Shown here piece after piece: positions 25,115 through 36,858 of a stretch of DNA of 64,000 nt. Each line of letters opens with the position of its first letter. Position 1 is the first letter of the stretch. The stretch is taken from positions 1,364,001 through 1,428,000 of the forward strand of contig NW_027117344.1 of assembly GCF_038025025.1 (NCBI RefSeq). Reading direction: 5' to 3'. The notes beneath the pieces were generated by a model. It saw only the letters and a program-made list of their open reading frames with translations, searched no databases and had not been told where the DNA came from. Source of the DNA: Phyllosticta citribraziliensis (lineage: Eukaryota). Both the position numbers and the translations under genes were made by a program.

Positions 25115-27173
25115 ACGGACATCGCTCGTTTCTTCAGCAGCAGCAGCGCAAGGACTCGTCGTTCCCGACCGAGTACCGCGTCGAGATCTTCACTCCCGAT
25201 TATGCCGAAAATCCGAACAGGCCCAAGGTCACTCGCGCTCCGGATGCGATTGCGTACGGCAAGACGTTCGATGTGGCGACGAATGCGCAGGGTCAGGACG
25301 TCGTGGTCAGATTGTTTTCGCCGGGCTTCCACACGCACGCGATTTCGATGCAGCAGAGGATGGTGGAGCTCGAGGTCAAGAAGGGCGCGGGACAGGGCGC
25401 ATATACCGTCACTGCGCCGCCGAGGTCCAGTGTCATGCAGGCCGGAGTTCACCTCCTGTTTATCGTCGTAGGTGGTGTTCCATCTGAGGGTGTCTGGGTT
25501 AAGCTTGCGTGATTGGGCATCGTATCCGGTTTCCCCTTGTTTTTCTTGCTTGCATAAGAATCAGTCAGCCGGTGCATGCATGCATGGCATTGCGATAGAT
25601 GGAGTAATTCAAAGGTGTAGACAGATAAATACCTCCAATGTTCAGATTTCGAGTCGAACTGTTCTTTCGCTGCACTGCAAATCATGCAAGTCATTTTGAC
25701 TGCAACTACGGCCCAAAATTCGGCATTCCACTCACATCCGCTCGCGAACCTTTTGCGGCAACTTCATCAACTCCCACAAACTCCAACCCTGTTGCCGCAA
25801 AATCCTTCCGTTTCTTCTCCCGTCCAAACCACTGACGCAGCCTCCCACTCACTCGCGCATGCCGCGTCAACGACAACGCCGACGACGTCGAGGCGCGGAT
25901 AAGCATGTCGATAAAGAACGCAAACACACTCGCGTCGCCCGAAACTCTAAAGCTACTTTTCCTCGTGGGCGCGTTCGGCAGCGCCTGGGTACAGATTTGC
26001 CGAGCTAAAAGGGCAAACAATTGGGCCAAGCTCGTTTTTTCAAAGTTTATGTCGCGCTTTGCCGCTTGTCCGCTCGACCGCGGTTTAAGGATCCGGGTGC
26101 TGGGGCGTGTTTGCGGAGGATATTACTGCTTTAAAATTTACTGTTTTTTGTTAAAACAATACTCGTAGACAGGTAAGAGACGGAAAATTGAACTGGAATG
26201 GGAAATTTTGGAACTGAAAATGGCCACTCCAGCTAATAAGTCATGCTCCACCAACAGCCAAGGCAAAGGCAGTAAGGGCGGCCCGAGACTCGTCACCCAA
26301 ATACGAAGGCGAAAAGTCCTGACCTGTTTTTGTCTGCTCTTTGTCTACTTGTCTACAGAGTCGATAAAAAGGATGTACGCAAGAGGTTCCGGCGGACCGA
26401 GACGGAGACGGGTCACACAAAAAGGTATTGCGTTTAAGAAGCGAGGACCGAGTGGGTGGCTTGAACGACTTCCACCCCTCTTGCGGGCATGAACCGGCTG
26501 TGGATATCCGACAGCTAAGCTAAGCGGGAGGGCAAAGACGAGGGCAGTGGCGTGACGCCAATAGCGTTGCTTGGTTGTGAAGAACTGGCTGTCGAGAAGG
26601 TTCGTGGCTTGCTTGATTGGATGTCTGCGGACGTCTTTCTTCTATAAATTGTCAATTAGCTCGCTTTTTGATTCAGGGCGTCTCTATGAAGCCAACGTTC
26701 GAATGCGCGTTGGTCTGTCCGAGCTCTGAGTCAGGCTTTTTGCAAACGCAGCGGTAATGGGAAGGATAACAAGCAGTTGGGTGTAGGGAGGCCAAGACAG
26801 AGACGTAAGACGACATGGATCTGGATGGTGCAGGAAACAGCGGTATTAGTATGCCCAGGAAGCAAATGGTGAGGCCGAGTCGACCCCACCATCTCTTGGA
26901 ATAATTGCTTTGGTTGCCTTCGTACTCACTCTTGCGGCTGCCCTGATGCTTAGTTTTGTACCGTCACAATCGGGAATCAAAAGAAGGGGCTTGGTTTGGC
27001 CCATACGAGTGTGAGTTCTTTGACAAGACTCTTGCGTGAGACGCGCATTCAAATTTTGAGCGTTGTAGCTAACGAATACTCGGATATTTTACAGATTCGC
27101 AGTGGACCTGTCAAACATTTGAACTTCCGAACCACAGTTTGTACGGGCAAGGCATGAAGAGAGTCAGGAGCGC

Positions 27174-28253
27174 TCACCCCTTCAGCGCCTGCACAATGTC
27201 CTTGACATCCTCATCCAAGCTCTTCTCCTTCAAACCAAGGCGCTCGTTCCAGGTAGACTCCCAGCGGCCGTATGGAGTCGTCTTGGACAGAGTCGCAGCC
27301 AAAAGGAGATCTGTGACAGTGCTGTAGTCGCCCTTGCCCAGAGCCTCGTAGACGGTCTTGACGCGTTGCTCGCCGTTGACCTCTTCGGCGACAGTAAAGG
27401 TCTTGCCTGTTGCCTTCTCCAGCGCCGCCTGGATCTCGTTCTGAGTGACCGAGTGGCTCTCAATAAAGACGTACTTGTTCGCGCTGTCGTTGTAGGCGTC
27501 GGGCTTGATCAGAAGGTTGACCAGTGCGCGGCCAATGGTTTGCAGGTTGGTCGCGCTCCAGCGCGTCTCGCCGCCGTCCCAACGACGCACCTTCGCGTCG
27601 GCAATGTTGAAGCCCAGGAATCCGACGTTCAGGCCCCAGTCAAAGAAGGGGCCCGTGATCAAGCTCGTCCAGCTGATGCTGTCCTGCTTTGTCTCCAAAT
27701 ACTCGGCCGTTTTGCGCTTGCCCGCGAGGATGGGGACTAGCTCGATGACTTTCGGGTCGGACGTGTTGCAGCCGTACTCCGTCGGGATGAAGCGCTTCAC
27801 ACCGGCCGTGATGGCTGCGTCAATGATGGGAGTTTGCGCAGATGCGTCGCCCACCAACGAGACGATGGCGTCGGTGGAGGCGGTCTTGAAGACAGATGCG
27901 AGAGCATCGTGGGTATACTCGGATTGGACGGTCTTGACGTTGGGACTTGGAGGCGATGTCAGTATTTGGAAAGAGATGGGCATGTGGTTGTCAGAAGGTG
28001 TGATTGTCATGGAAAGTTATGGTCATAGGGCGTGGTTGTCAGGGGGCGTCGGGGACGTACGGGAAAGTTGACTTTGAGCCGGAGCGCGTCAGAACGGTGA
28101 CATTGAGCGAAGAGTCGAGGAACTCTTTGAGAACCGCCGGCCCGAGGTTTCCGCCAGCCTGTTGGAACGTTTTAGCTTGGTGTTTGAAGAAGTTTATGGA
28201 GGTTTGAAGCTACTTACGCCAACAAGGACGACGTTTTTGATCGGAGAAGACAT
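27174..28253 (-). CDS. NmrA / isoflavone-reductase-like NAD(P)-binding oxidoreductase (~301 aa)
   Basis: Exons 28253-28218, 28158-28061 and 27945-27174. Rossmann motif VVLVG|AGGNLG, AGVKRFIPTEYG, TGPFFDW. Confidence 0.9.
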
Positions 28254-28946
28254 GGTGAGAATGTTGGCTTGGAAGAGATATCGAAGTCTGGCTGTGTGCG
28301 AAGCTTGTTGAGGAGATCTGGAGGATTGAGGTTGTACTTCTGAATGCCGACCCGCCAACCCATCTATATACTCCCATGAGGGTCCCCACCTTCAGATCGC
28401 CCCGCCTCGCCATGACCTTCCACAATCGCGTCACCAACCAGCTGCCGGGCACAACATCCCAACTAACCCAAGTTAGTGACTGCGCATTTGCAATCAATCC
28501 CAGACTCAACCGCTCATTATTCATCAAGCGCGCGAGCGGACGTGTACAAGTGCCGATGGTGAGGGTAAGCTTATTGCCTGTTTGGGATAGCGCGGATGTG
28601 CGGCGGGGATGTTGCTAAGCAGAGCGGAATCACAGCGCTGAGTTGCTAAGGCGGAGCGGAGGTGGGAACGCCGCAAGTCCGACACTTTCCAGCCACTTCT
28701 GCCGCATACGAGATGATGCAAACTGACGAGAGACGATTAGTTATTTCAGAGGAGCTTTCCGCGCACATTTTCGTCCGATCGCGGGTTTGACCAACGTCGT
28801 TCAGGCAGCAGGCTTATCTCGACACAACATCACGCCAAGAACACGTGGGTCTGTCAAAAAAATTCAATCATTTAGCGCTCACTGAATGCCCGTAGATACA
28901 AACAGACGGTCCCAATACTGTTCCGCTATTTTGAAAATTGGCCGAC

Positions 28947-30763
28947 CTACAACTTCGACGCCGGCGTCGCGGAGCCAGCCGAGGTGATTTCGTTGTAGAG
29001 CAAGCTGTACCCGCGTTAGTGACACGTTTACAGAAAGACCGCTGCGGAACATACCTCGTCAAAAACTCTGCGTAATCCTCTCCAGTCACTTGTCCCTCGA
29101 AGTACTTGGCGGCCAATCCAAACTTGTTGCCCCTTGGAGCTTTGCTCTCGAGCTCTTGCGCCTGCTCCTTGAGCAACCGCAGGGCGTAATCCTTGTCGAC
29201 CCTCTTGCCCTCCTTGGTTGAGACGCCATGGCGCACCCACTGCCACAGCTGGCTGCGGGACACTTCCGCCGTCGCTGCATCCTCCATGAGGTAGTTGATG
29301 GGTACACAGCCAATACCGCGCAACCAGCCTTCCATGTAGCCGAGCCCGATGTTGAGGTTCTTTCGGATACCTTCCTCGGAGATGGACCCAGGTACATTCA
29401 TGTTCAGCAGGTCGTTGCCTGTAATGTTGACGTCCTCACGACGGATGTGCATTTGGTTGGGAGTAGGCATGTGCTTGTTGAAGATTTCAGACGCGATTCC
29501 TGCGAGGGCCGGATGAGCCACCCACGTCCCGTCGTGGCCGGCGCGAACCTCGCGGAGCTTGTCAGCGCGGACGTTGTCCATGGCGACATCGTTGGCCTTG
29601 GGGTCGTTCTTGATCGGGATCTGAGCGGCCATGCCGCCCATGGCGTGAACTCCTCGCTTATGACAAGTCTTGATGAGAAGCTTGACGTAGGCATCCATGA
29701 AGGGGACCGTCATGGTCACAGCTGACCGGTCAGGGAGAACAAAGTTTGAGTTTTGGCGGAAGCGCTTGATAACGCTGAAGATATAGTCCCAGCGTCCGCA
29801 GTTGAGGCCGGCGCTGTGGTCACGGAGCTCGTAAATGATCTGTACCTTGTAAGCACGCGTCTGCAACGCAATTTTGGGCACTTACCTCATCCATTTCAAA
29901 AGCAGCCATGATGGTCTCGATCAGGACGGTAGCGCGGATGGTCCCGCGGGGCATGCCAATGTAGTCCTGTGCCAGGTTGAATGCGTCATTCCAGAGTCTG
30001 GCCTCGAGGTGGCTCTCCATCTTCGGGAGGTAAAAGTAAGGTCCAGTCCCCCGCTTGACAAGCTCCTGGGCGTTGTTGAAGAAGTATAGACCAAAGTCAA
30101 ACAAGCTCCCGGACATTGGCTCGCCGTCAACGGTGAAGTGCTTCTCTTCCAAGTGCCAGCCGCGGGCACGGGCAATGAGCGTAGGGAGGGTCCGGTCAGT
30201 GCGGAGCTTGTACTCCTTCTCTCCCTGCTTGAAGTCGACCTGTCGCCGGATGGCATCGTACAGGTTGACTTGGCCGTTGATCATGTTGTCCCACGTTGGC
30301 GCGCTCGAATCTGGAATCGTTAGCTACGGATGTAGCCCGTTGGAAACAGAGACGCACCCTCAAAATCAGCCATGTAAGTCCAGACGTCCGAGTTCAAAGC
30401 ATTCACGACCATCTTCCTGTCAGTGGGACCGGTGATTTCCACGCGCCTGTCAACCAGGCCCGGGGCGGGCGGAGCACCCTTCCAAGCATCATTCTCGCGG
30501 ATGTGTCTTGTTTCTGGGAGGAAGTCGGGCAGATTTCCCTTGTCAAGCTCGACCTGGCGGATGACGCGGCGGTCGAGCAAAGCCTTGCGACGGGCGTTGA
30601 AAGTTCGGTGCAGAAGAGCGAGGAAGACGATGGCGTCTCTGTTTAGGATCTGGCGCGTCTTATCGTTCAGAGGGCCGAGGATGTTGACGCCCTCAAGAAC
30701 GGCGGTGGGGTTAGGCGTGTAATTGGCCTTGGCCTGGGTTCCAAACTGGATCTGGGCGGCCAT
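28947..30763 (-). CDS. acuE: Malate synthase (glyoxysomal), C-terminal PTS1 -SKL
   Basis: Exons 30763-30358, 30310-29886, 29839-29055 and 29004-28947. Motifs [59 protein letters not shown]; ends ATPASKL*. Confidence 0.97.
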
Positions 30764-30857
30764 GATGGATGTCTTGATGCGACGTTGGAGGGAGTTGGAT
30801 ATTGCGACGGGTGCGAGGTCGTTGTTGATGACGATGATAAGGGTGTTGATGGGGAGA

Positions 30858-31266
30858 CCGAGGCACGCAACGGGCGAACGAAGAGCAGGAATGACGAGTG
30901 GACTGGATAGTTTTAATGGTACGTCACATCTTTGCCTCGGATGAAGAGCCAGTGGCAGTGACTAACGGGTGGCCTACGGCGGATTGGGAAGCTCTTGGAG
31001 CTAGAGCTTCCTCGGGCGGAGGGGTCGATGTCCTGGCGTCGGCTTGTGATGATGGGGCAAAAACACCCGGCGAACTGCGAGCTACCCCTCACCTCAGCGC
31101 TGCATCTCTTCGCTCCTCGATCCTGCAGCCAATCCGTTGCCGCATCCATCGTCCGCTAATTCTTTGTCCTCAGGATTTTCTCTCGAGGCTTCTTGTTTCG
31201 ACTCAGCCGACGCTAGCCACCTCAGGCCCAAGACTCAGTCTCCGGCGCCTCCCGACGATACCTCGG
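30858..31266. promoter_or_regulatory. Cluster of four CCTCGG/CCGAGG (FarA/FarB-type) sites upstream of malate synthase
   Basis: CCGAGG 30858-30863; CCTCGG at 30935-30940, 31010-31015 and 31261-31266. CCTCGG is the known FarA/FarB core in Aspergillus fatty-acid and glyoxylate-cycle genes. Confidence 0.6.
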
Positions 31267-32226
31267 AGGCTGTCGGGTAGGTCCTGGGCGTCCCGAGCGG
31301 ACAGGCCCGTCTCCGCTGTACCGGCTCGTCCTCCATTTCCCCACCTCCACCTCCACCTCCATTTCTGTCTCTGTTCTTGGCTGCGCTGCTTGTATTACAT
31401 GCCCCTTTGCCGATTCTGGAGCATGCAGTGTGACTATGTCCCGCGTCATGGTGCATTTGACTTGGATTCTTATGCCAAATCTATCAGGCACTCATTTGCT
31501 TGCCCAAAACCGCATCGCAATCCGTCGCGACCATCTGCACAGCAATCTCGCCGTGTCTTGCCGGCTTTCAGTCCTTGATGACACTATTACTCGATTACAT
31601 TCGCAATACTCTGCAGCTTCCAACTTACTGTGTGCAAACGCAATCAACGTCGCCCAATCAAAGATAGGGAAACGCCGCGCTGGCGCCTCATTACCAAACA
31701 GTATCGAGCAAACACCACCTGCGAGCAACCGCGTGCTTGAAAATCACGAAAAGTTTCTCCGTGGGCATTTGCGTCTCACCACAAGTCCAATCCTCGATTT
31801 TCTCTTACCAAATCTACGAACCTTACATCCTTACTCTCTGCTCACTACTGCAAGGTCATGACTCCACACCTCGCTAGCGCCTACCAACTGCCAAATTGCG
31901 TAAGTCGCTCTTCGCTGCCGCTGCCGATTCGCCGACGCTTGCTCCTTCACCACCTCTGACCATATCCATTTGCCAATATTACTCGGAGCCCTCCAAAAGC
32001 TACATGTAGGTGCGCAGCTTCGCAACATTCAACAACGTCATGGCGAGATTCGATTGGACAACGCCACCAAAAAATATCATCGAGAGCTACAACATCCACA
32101 CCATATATGAGTTGCTCACGAAAGATGGTTGATTATAGGACCATCGAGGCACTCGTTCCCTGGAAAATCACATTCTCCTGCGCCTGTGCATGAATGTCCT
32201 ACATGATGGAAATGATCGTTATTTAT

Positions 32227-32838
32227 TCACGCCAAAATGACCTTTTCCGCACCCCCAATCAATTCTAGCACTGGGATTCTCCTCTCCCGCTCATTCACAC
32301 CACCGCCACCAGCGTCCCACCTGCCCCCCTCCCTTTCCGTCCTCAAAAACGCCATCGCCTTCTCCCTCAGTCCATCCCACTCCATCAAACCGCTCACGGC
32401 ACCCGTCTCCCTCAACGACTCCACCGCGCACCGAACCCACTCGACGCAATCGAACTCCTGCGTCCCTTCGTCATCAGCACCACCGCCCTGACAAACCGGC
32501 ACGCGTTCCAAAATCGCCGCAACTTTGTCGACCGACTCTACAAGCTTGCCCATGGCGACTGTGAACAGAAGCCGCGGCTCCTCGTGCAGCGAGCCAAGGC
32601 GCGCGTGCTCGTAGACCCATGGCTGCGTCGCCCCGCTGCCGTCGGACGCGATCTGCAGCGTATTCTTGACGTGGTGCTTGTGGATGAGCGCTTGAGGAGA
32701 TTGTGATTGAGAGGGAGTTGTGGGCGCAAAGGGCGTGGGAATGTTTTTGGGGCAGATGAGGAGGGCGTAGTGTGGGGCATCGGGGTGTTTTGGGCGCGCG
32801 TAGAGTGCGAGGTGGAGGCGTGGTTTGTTGCGTCGCAT
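32227..32838 (-). CDS. Conserved fungal hypothetical protein (203 aa), possibly DUF6914-like
   Basis: Single ORF with coding-like composition. The pattern NKPRLHLALYAR..HYALLICPK..HHVKN..FDCVEWVR resembles a widespread ascomycete family (recalled, not searched). Confidence 0.75.
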   Translation of the reverse strand: MRRNKPRLHLALYARPKHPDAPHYALLICPKNIPTPFAPTTPSQSQSPQALIHKHHVKNTLQIASDGSGATQPWVYEHARLGSLHEEPRLLFTVAMGKLVESVDKVAAILERVPVCQGGGADDEGTQEFDCVEWVRCAVESLRETGAVSGLMEWDGLREKAMAFLRTEREGGRWDAGGGGVNERERRIPVLELIGGAEKVILA

Positions 32839-33413
32839 GGCTTTGCAGTGTTCGAGTCTGCGCGTTGATCTGAAGCAGTGTTCTTTGATTTGGCGTGGAC
32901 GAAAGCTTTCAATTGAGGTGTTGAATGTAGGGGTGAGGCGTAGTCTTTCGGTGCGCGGCTAACTTGCACCTGCAAGGATGGAAAGTGGACCCACGAGTGC
33001 AGCCACACTCAGTATACGGCAGGACCGCCCAGCCATCACGAAAGACTTGGTTCGCAGAGCCATTTCAATGGCTTCTCCAAGTTGGAGTTTTGATGGAAGC
33101 TGCTTATGGCCATCCTTGTAGTACGAAAGCTCCTGCACACCGGTAACCTGGAGCGTTATGCTCCCTGTCAGTTACCTCTAAAAGTGTGAGAGCGTTTCCT
33201 AACTGCGCTCTATCTACCCCCAACAACGCTGCAGGAAATGGCGATACTTTAATCACCGAGCCTCAAGTTGTCCCTTGCCTGCAGTCCGAATCGGAACCAA
33301 GTTACGTGCATGACGTAGTATGGGGAGGCATCCCTGCGAGATACCGTAGGTAGGTACGCGAGCTGACAACCTCGGCCCAGATGTCTCCGCGCGCAGGTCG
33401 CGTGTTCAACACC

Positions 33414-34683
33414 ATGTTACAACACGCCTCTATAAGAATGCTCTGCTCGGTGAGATTGTGTCGCCGAGGTCTTGCGATCCGACAGCTTGGAGCAAGTCCT
33501 AGATCCTGTCGAGCTTTTTCGGGACTCTTGCCAGCCGCGCATCGTGCGCCACAAAGTAGAGCCGCACGACCTGCCATCATGCCCCAGTCTTCCAAACAGT
33601 CAACATCCACCAAGCCCCCCAGGAAACCACCCTCTCCACCACGCCCCTCCGCATCAATATTGCTCGTTTCGCCCGCCGACGAAGTCCTCTTGCTGCACCG
33701 CGTCCAAACCTCGTCTTCCTTCCCCAGCGCGCACGTATTCCCCGGCGGCAACTGCTCTGCGACACACGACGGAGAGATACCAGGTGTGGACGATGAAGCG
33801 CGGCATAAAGATGGCGATGTGTACAGATGGGCGGCAATAAGAGAAACGTTTGAAGAGAGCGGGCTGTTGCTTGCACGGAAGAGAGGACAGGAGGGACTGG
33901 CTCAGATTCCCGAGGAAGAGAGAGAACAGGCGAGGAAAGATATTCACTCTGGGACGAGGCGCTTCAAAGACGTGTTGGCCGAGTGGGATGCGGAGGCAGA
34001 TCTGGGTATGGCCAGCGACACATCACACGGAAGCGCAGCTGATTGACCTGAGACTAGCAAACCTCGTCCCCTTCACGCGCTGGATCACGCCGACCAACGT
34101 CCCCAAGCGCTTCACGACCCAAATGTACCTGTACCTCATGCCCCTCCTCTCCTCGTCACCAACATCTCTCCCGTCATCCGACGAGGCCGTTCTCCCCCTG
34201 CCCACTTCCGACGGCGGCATCGAACACACAGCCGCCCGCTTCCTCCCCGCCACGCACTGGCTGTCGCTCGCACGCGCCGACGACATCATCCTCTTCCCGC
34301 CGCAATTCTTCCTGCTGCACCTCGTCTCGCAATTCCTCCTCCCCTCGTCCAAGCCGGGCGGCGAGGGCGCTCCGTCGCTCGACCGGGACGCTCTCCAGAA
34401 GGAGCGTTCCGCTCTTCTCTCGTTTATCGATGCGAACGACTGGTCCCATAAGCGCATCTCCCCGTCCTTCCTGACCAAGACGTCCGACGGCCGCGCCATC
34501 TTGGGGCTGGACAAGTCCGGGTATGAGATTGAGGTCATGACCAAGGGAGCAAAGGAGGGGACGAGCGAATGGGTCGTCTTTGTCGATTTTCGAAAGGAGG
34601 GCCCGAGGAGGGTGGACGTCGGGAGGAGGGATGAAGTGATGAAGGAGCTGAGGGAAAGCAGTGGCAAGAATGCTAGGCTCTAA
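33414..34683 (+). CDS. Nudix hydrolase, NUDT19-like (acyl-CoA diphosphatase), C-terminal PTS1 -ARL; start codon uncertain (33381/33414/33438/33579)
   Basis: PRPSASILL, HVFPGG, Nudix box AAIRETFEESGLLL, PFTRWITP..KRFTTQMY, ILFPPQF. Intron 34006-34057; ends KNARL*. Confidence 0.9.
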
Positions 34684-35012
34684 CCATCAAATAGGACATG
34701 GAAGCTGCACATTGGGTGCCGAAGAAATGATATACCCTACTCGAGTCTGACTGCAGTCGTGACATCAATTTTACGGTTTCCGGTCCATCCACACGAAGAC
34801 CGAACCGACAGGGCAAGAGCTGCGGATGACGGGTTGTCCCGTAGGGAAACCAGTTCACAAATAAACATCTCATTGTCTGCAGAGGTATAGTGAAGAAAAA
34901 ACTCCTCCAGTCTGTCATGCAAAGATCTGACGGTTCTAACGCCGCGTATTCAAAATCCCACCACCTTAGCCCCAACTCCTAAAAATGACCTTTTTGTTTT
35001 CCAACCTCTCGC

Positions 35013-36858
35013 TTATGAGTACAGCTTCTTGTCGAAGCTGTGCAGGCCGTGGACGTTGCCCTCGGCTTGAGCACTGGCGGTGCGGAGCTCGAACCTGACC
35101 TTGCCGTCCTCGACGGCGTCCTTGAGCTCGGCCAAGCTGGGGACACCAATGTCCTGGAGAGAGTGCTGGACACCGGCCTGGAGGTAGGGGAGGAACTTGG
35201 TCAAAGAACCGCGATCCAGCACGGAGCCAGACACACCCTGGGCGACGAGGACCCTGTCGCCCTCGGAGAAGTAGCGGGCGGTACCAGCGTTGCTGGCCTT
35301 CGCGTCCTTGCTGCCGGCGCCAGCCTTCTTGTCCTCCATGGCATCGATGGAGCCCATACCGCGGTAGGCCTTGACGAGTTGGCCCTCGCGGCTGACAAAG
35401 TACTGGCCGGGCGACTCAGTGGTTCCAGCAAGGAGACCACCCATCATGATGGTGGTAGCGCCCATGGCAAGACCCTTGACAATGTGACCGACGTTTTGGA
35501 TACCACCGTCCGCAATGCAAGGAACGCCAAAGCGGCGGGCGAACCTGGTAACATTGTAGACCGAGGTAGCCTGGGGACGGCCAACGGCCATGACCTCCTG
35601 AGTGATGCAGGCAGAGCCGCTGCCCATACCAATGCGGAGACCGTCAACGCCAGCCGCAATGAGAGAAGCAGCCTGGTCACGGGTGACAACGTTGCCGCCA
35701 ATGACGTCAAGACCGGGGTACTTCTCCTTGATGAACTTGATCATCTCGATCTGGTACATCGAGTTACCCTGGCTGCTGTCGAGGATAGCAATGTCGAGGC
35801 CAGCCTCGACGAGCTTCTCGAGCCTGATCTTGTCCTCGGGGCGGGTGCCGATGGCGGCGGCGGCAATGAGCTGCTTAGACTCAGGGAGCTTCGAGGCAAG
35901 AGGGAAGTTTTGGTTCTTCATCAGGTCGGAACGCGAGACGAGGGAGAGAAGGTTGCCGTTGTCATCGACGATGGGGAGCTTGCCCTTCCTGGACTTGCGG
36001 AGCACTTCGTTGGCTTCCTCGAGCGAAATGCCAACCTTGGCGGTGACGAGGTCGGTCGACATGACGTCGGTAACGGGCTCGTCGAGCTTGTCGTGGAACT
36101 GAATGTCGCGGGCGGTGATGATGCCAACGAGCTTGGACTGGAGAGTTCCAGACTCTGTTCAAGTCAGCGACTGCAGAGCAAGCAGTGAGAGGACAAGAAA
36201 GATATGGGTGGGATCAGAATATGCGTCTCCTCATGCGACGGAATCGCATTTCGGTTGAACGAAAGTTATATTTTTTAAATTGAACATCATGAGACAAAGT
36301 GGGCGAGAGGAAAAGGGGGACTCACCAGTGACGGGGAATCCACCAAAGCCACACTTCTCCTTGAGAGCCTTGGCCTCGCCAACGGTGGTGTTGGGAGAAA
36401 TGACGACGGGGTCGAGGATGAAGCCGTTCTCGTAGCGCTTCACCTTGCGGACCATCTCGGCCTGGTCCTCGACGGAGCAGTTGTGGTGGATGACACCGAG
36501 ACCACCGAGCAGAGCCATGTGGATGGCCATGTTGTGCTCAGTGACCGTGTCCATGGGGGACGAGAGGAAAGGGGTCTTGAGGGAGATCCTCTTGGTGACG
36601 GGCGTCTCGAGGTTGACATCGGCAGCGGGAAAGCCTGAGAAAATTAGGATACGCGTCGCGAAAGTGGCGCGAGAAGTTTTGACGCGTACCGATGTAGCCA
36701 GGCAAGACCAAAAGGTCGTTGTAGGTCAGACCGCCATTGCGCTTCGAGTCGATGAGGGTGTGGATGTCCAGGCCATCGCGCTCGGCGTAGTCGTTCTTGA
36801 GGACCTCGAGGGCGGTGGTGTGGTCGAGAGCCTTGGCGGCACCGTTGACGGCGGGCAT
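35013..36858 (-). CDS. imdA: Inosine-5'-monophosphate dehydrogenase (IMPDH)
   Basis: Exons 36858-36690, 36634-36326 and 36154-35013. [25 protein letters not shown] pair, catalytic [20 protein letters not shown]. Confidence 0.97.
36211..36294 (-). ncRNA. snR54: Intronic box C/D snoRNA, snR54 orthologue (guides 2'-O-methylation of 18S rRNA, yeast Am974)
   Basis: In IMPDH intron 2, sense to the host. Box C ATGATGT (36290-36284), guide TAACTTTCGTTC (36268-36257) complementary to 18S GAACGAAAGUUA, D' CCGA (36254-36251), internal hairpin TGCGA-TTCCG-TCGCA, C' TGAGGA, box D CTGA (36217-36214). Yeast snR54 lies in the IMD4 (IMPDH) intron. Confidence 0.88.

Larger units (their letters stand above)
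6714..25512 (+). pseudogene. AA5 copper-radical oxidase (glyoxal-oxidase-like, AA5_1) gene split into three pieces (6714-7149, 10674-11676, 25120-25512) by transposon insertions
   Basis: Piece 1: signal-peptide-like start, intron 6738-6794, NTFCSAGAFFPDG, in-frame TAG at 7050-7052. Piece 2 (RIP-mutated, read with transitions reversed): RRWYPT, GGS, PTYE, NLYP, IPRMYHS..LLPNGEVLIAGSNP. Piece 3 (intact): FPTEYRVEIFTPDY, GFHTHA..QRMVEL, TAPP, GVPS. Removing each element plus one TSD copy restores the frame at both junctions. Confidence 0.92.

Noticed and set aside
25075..25512. 145-aa ORF as a stand-alone gene
   Set aside because: Its ATG and first ~13 codons lie inside the Copia LTR; the rest is the orphaned C-terminus of the split AA5 gene. 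An LTR-driven chimeric product is not excluded, but there is no evidence for one.
25690..27100. Possible structured RNA (RNase P/MRP-like GGGAAATT.. at ~26200; tRNA-like GTTCGAAT at ~26697)
   Set aside because: No partner conserved region, no cloverleaf or acceptor stem, and no telomerase template found by eye.
28868..29054. Alternative malate synthase C-terminus lacking SKL (read-through of the last intron in the ORF track)
   Set aside because: The intron has canonical GTATGT/CTAAC/CAG signals and splicing restores the conserved LYNEI..SKL end. Nothing in the sequence supports retention.
35040..36188. Long antisense ORFs over IMPDH (also over GH16, IQGAP, NmrA and the TF)
   Set aside because: These are shadow frames expected from strong GC3 codon bias; they carry no independent motifs.
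35013..36858. IMPDH as a mycophenolate self-resistance gene marking a biosynthetic cluster
   Set aside because: No PKS/NRPS or tailoring genes are nearby. It keeps the ordinary KAYRGMG motif and hosts the conserved snoRNA, as expected of the housekeeping copy.
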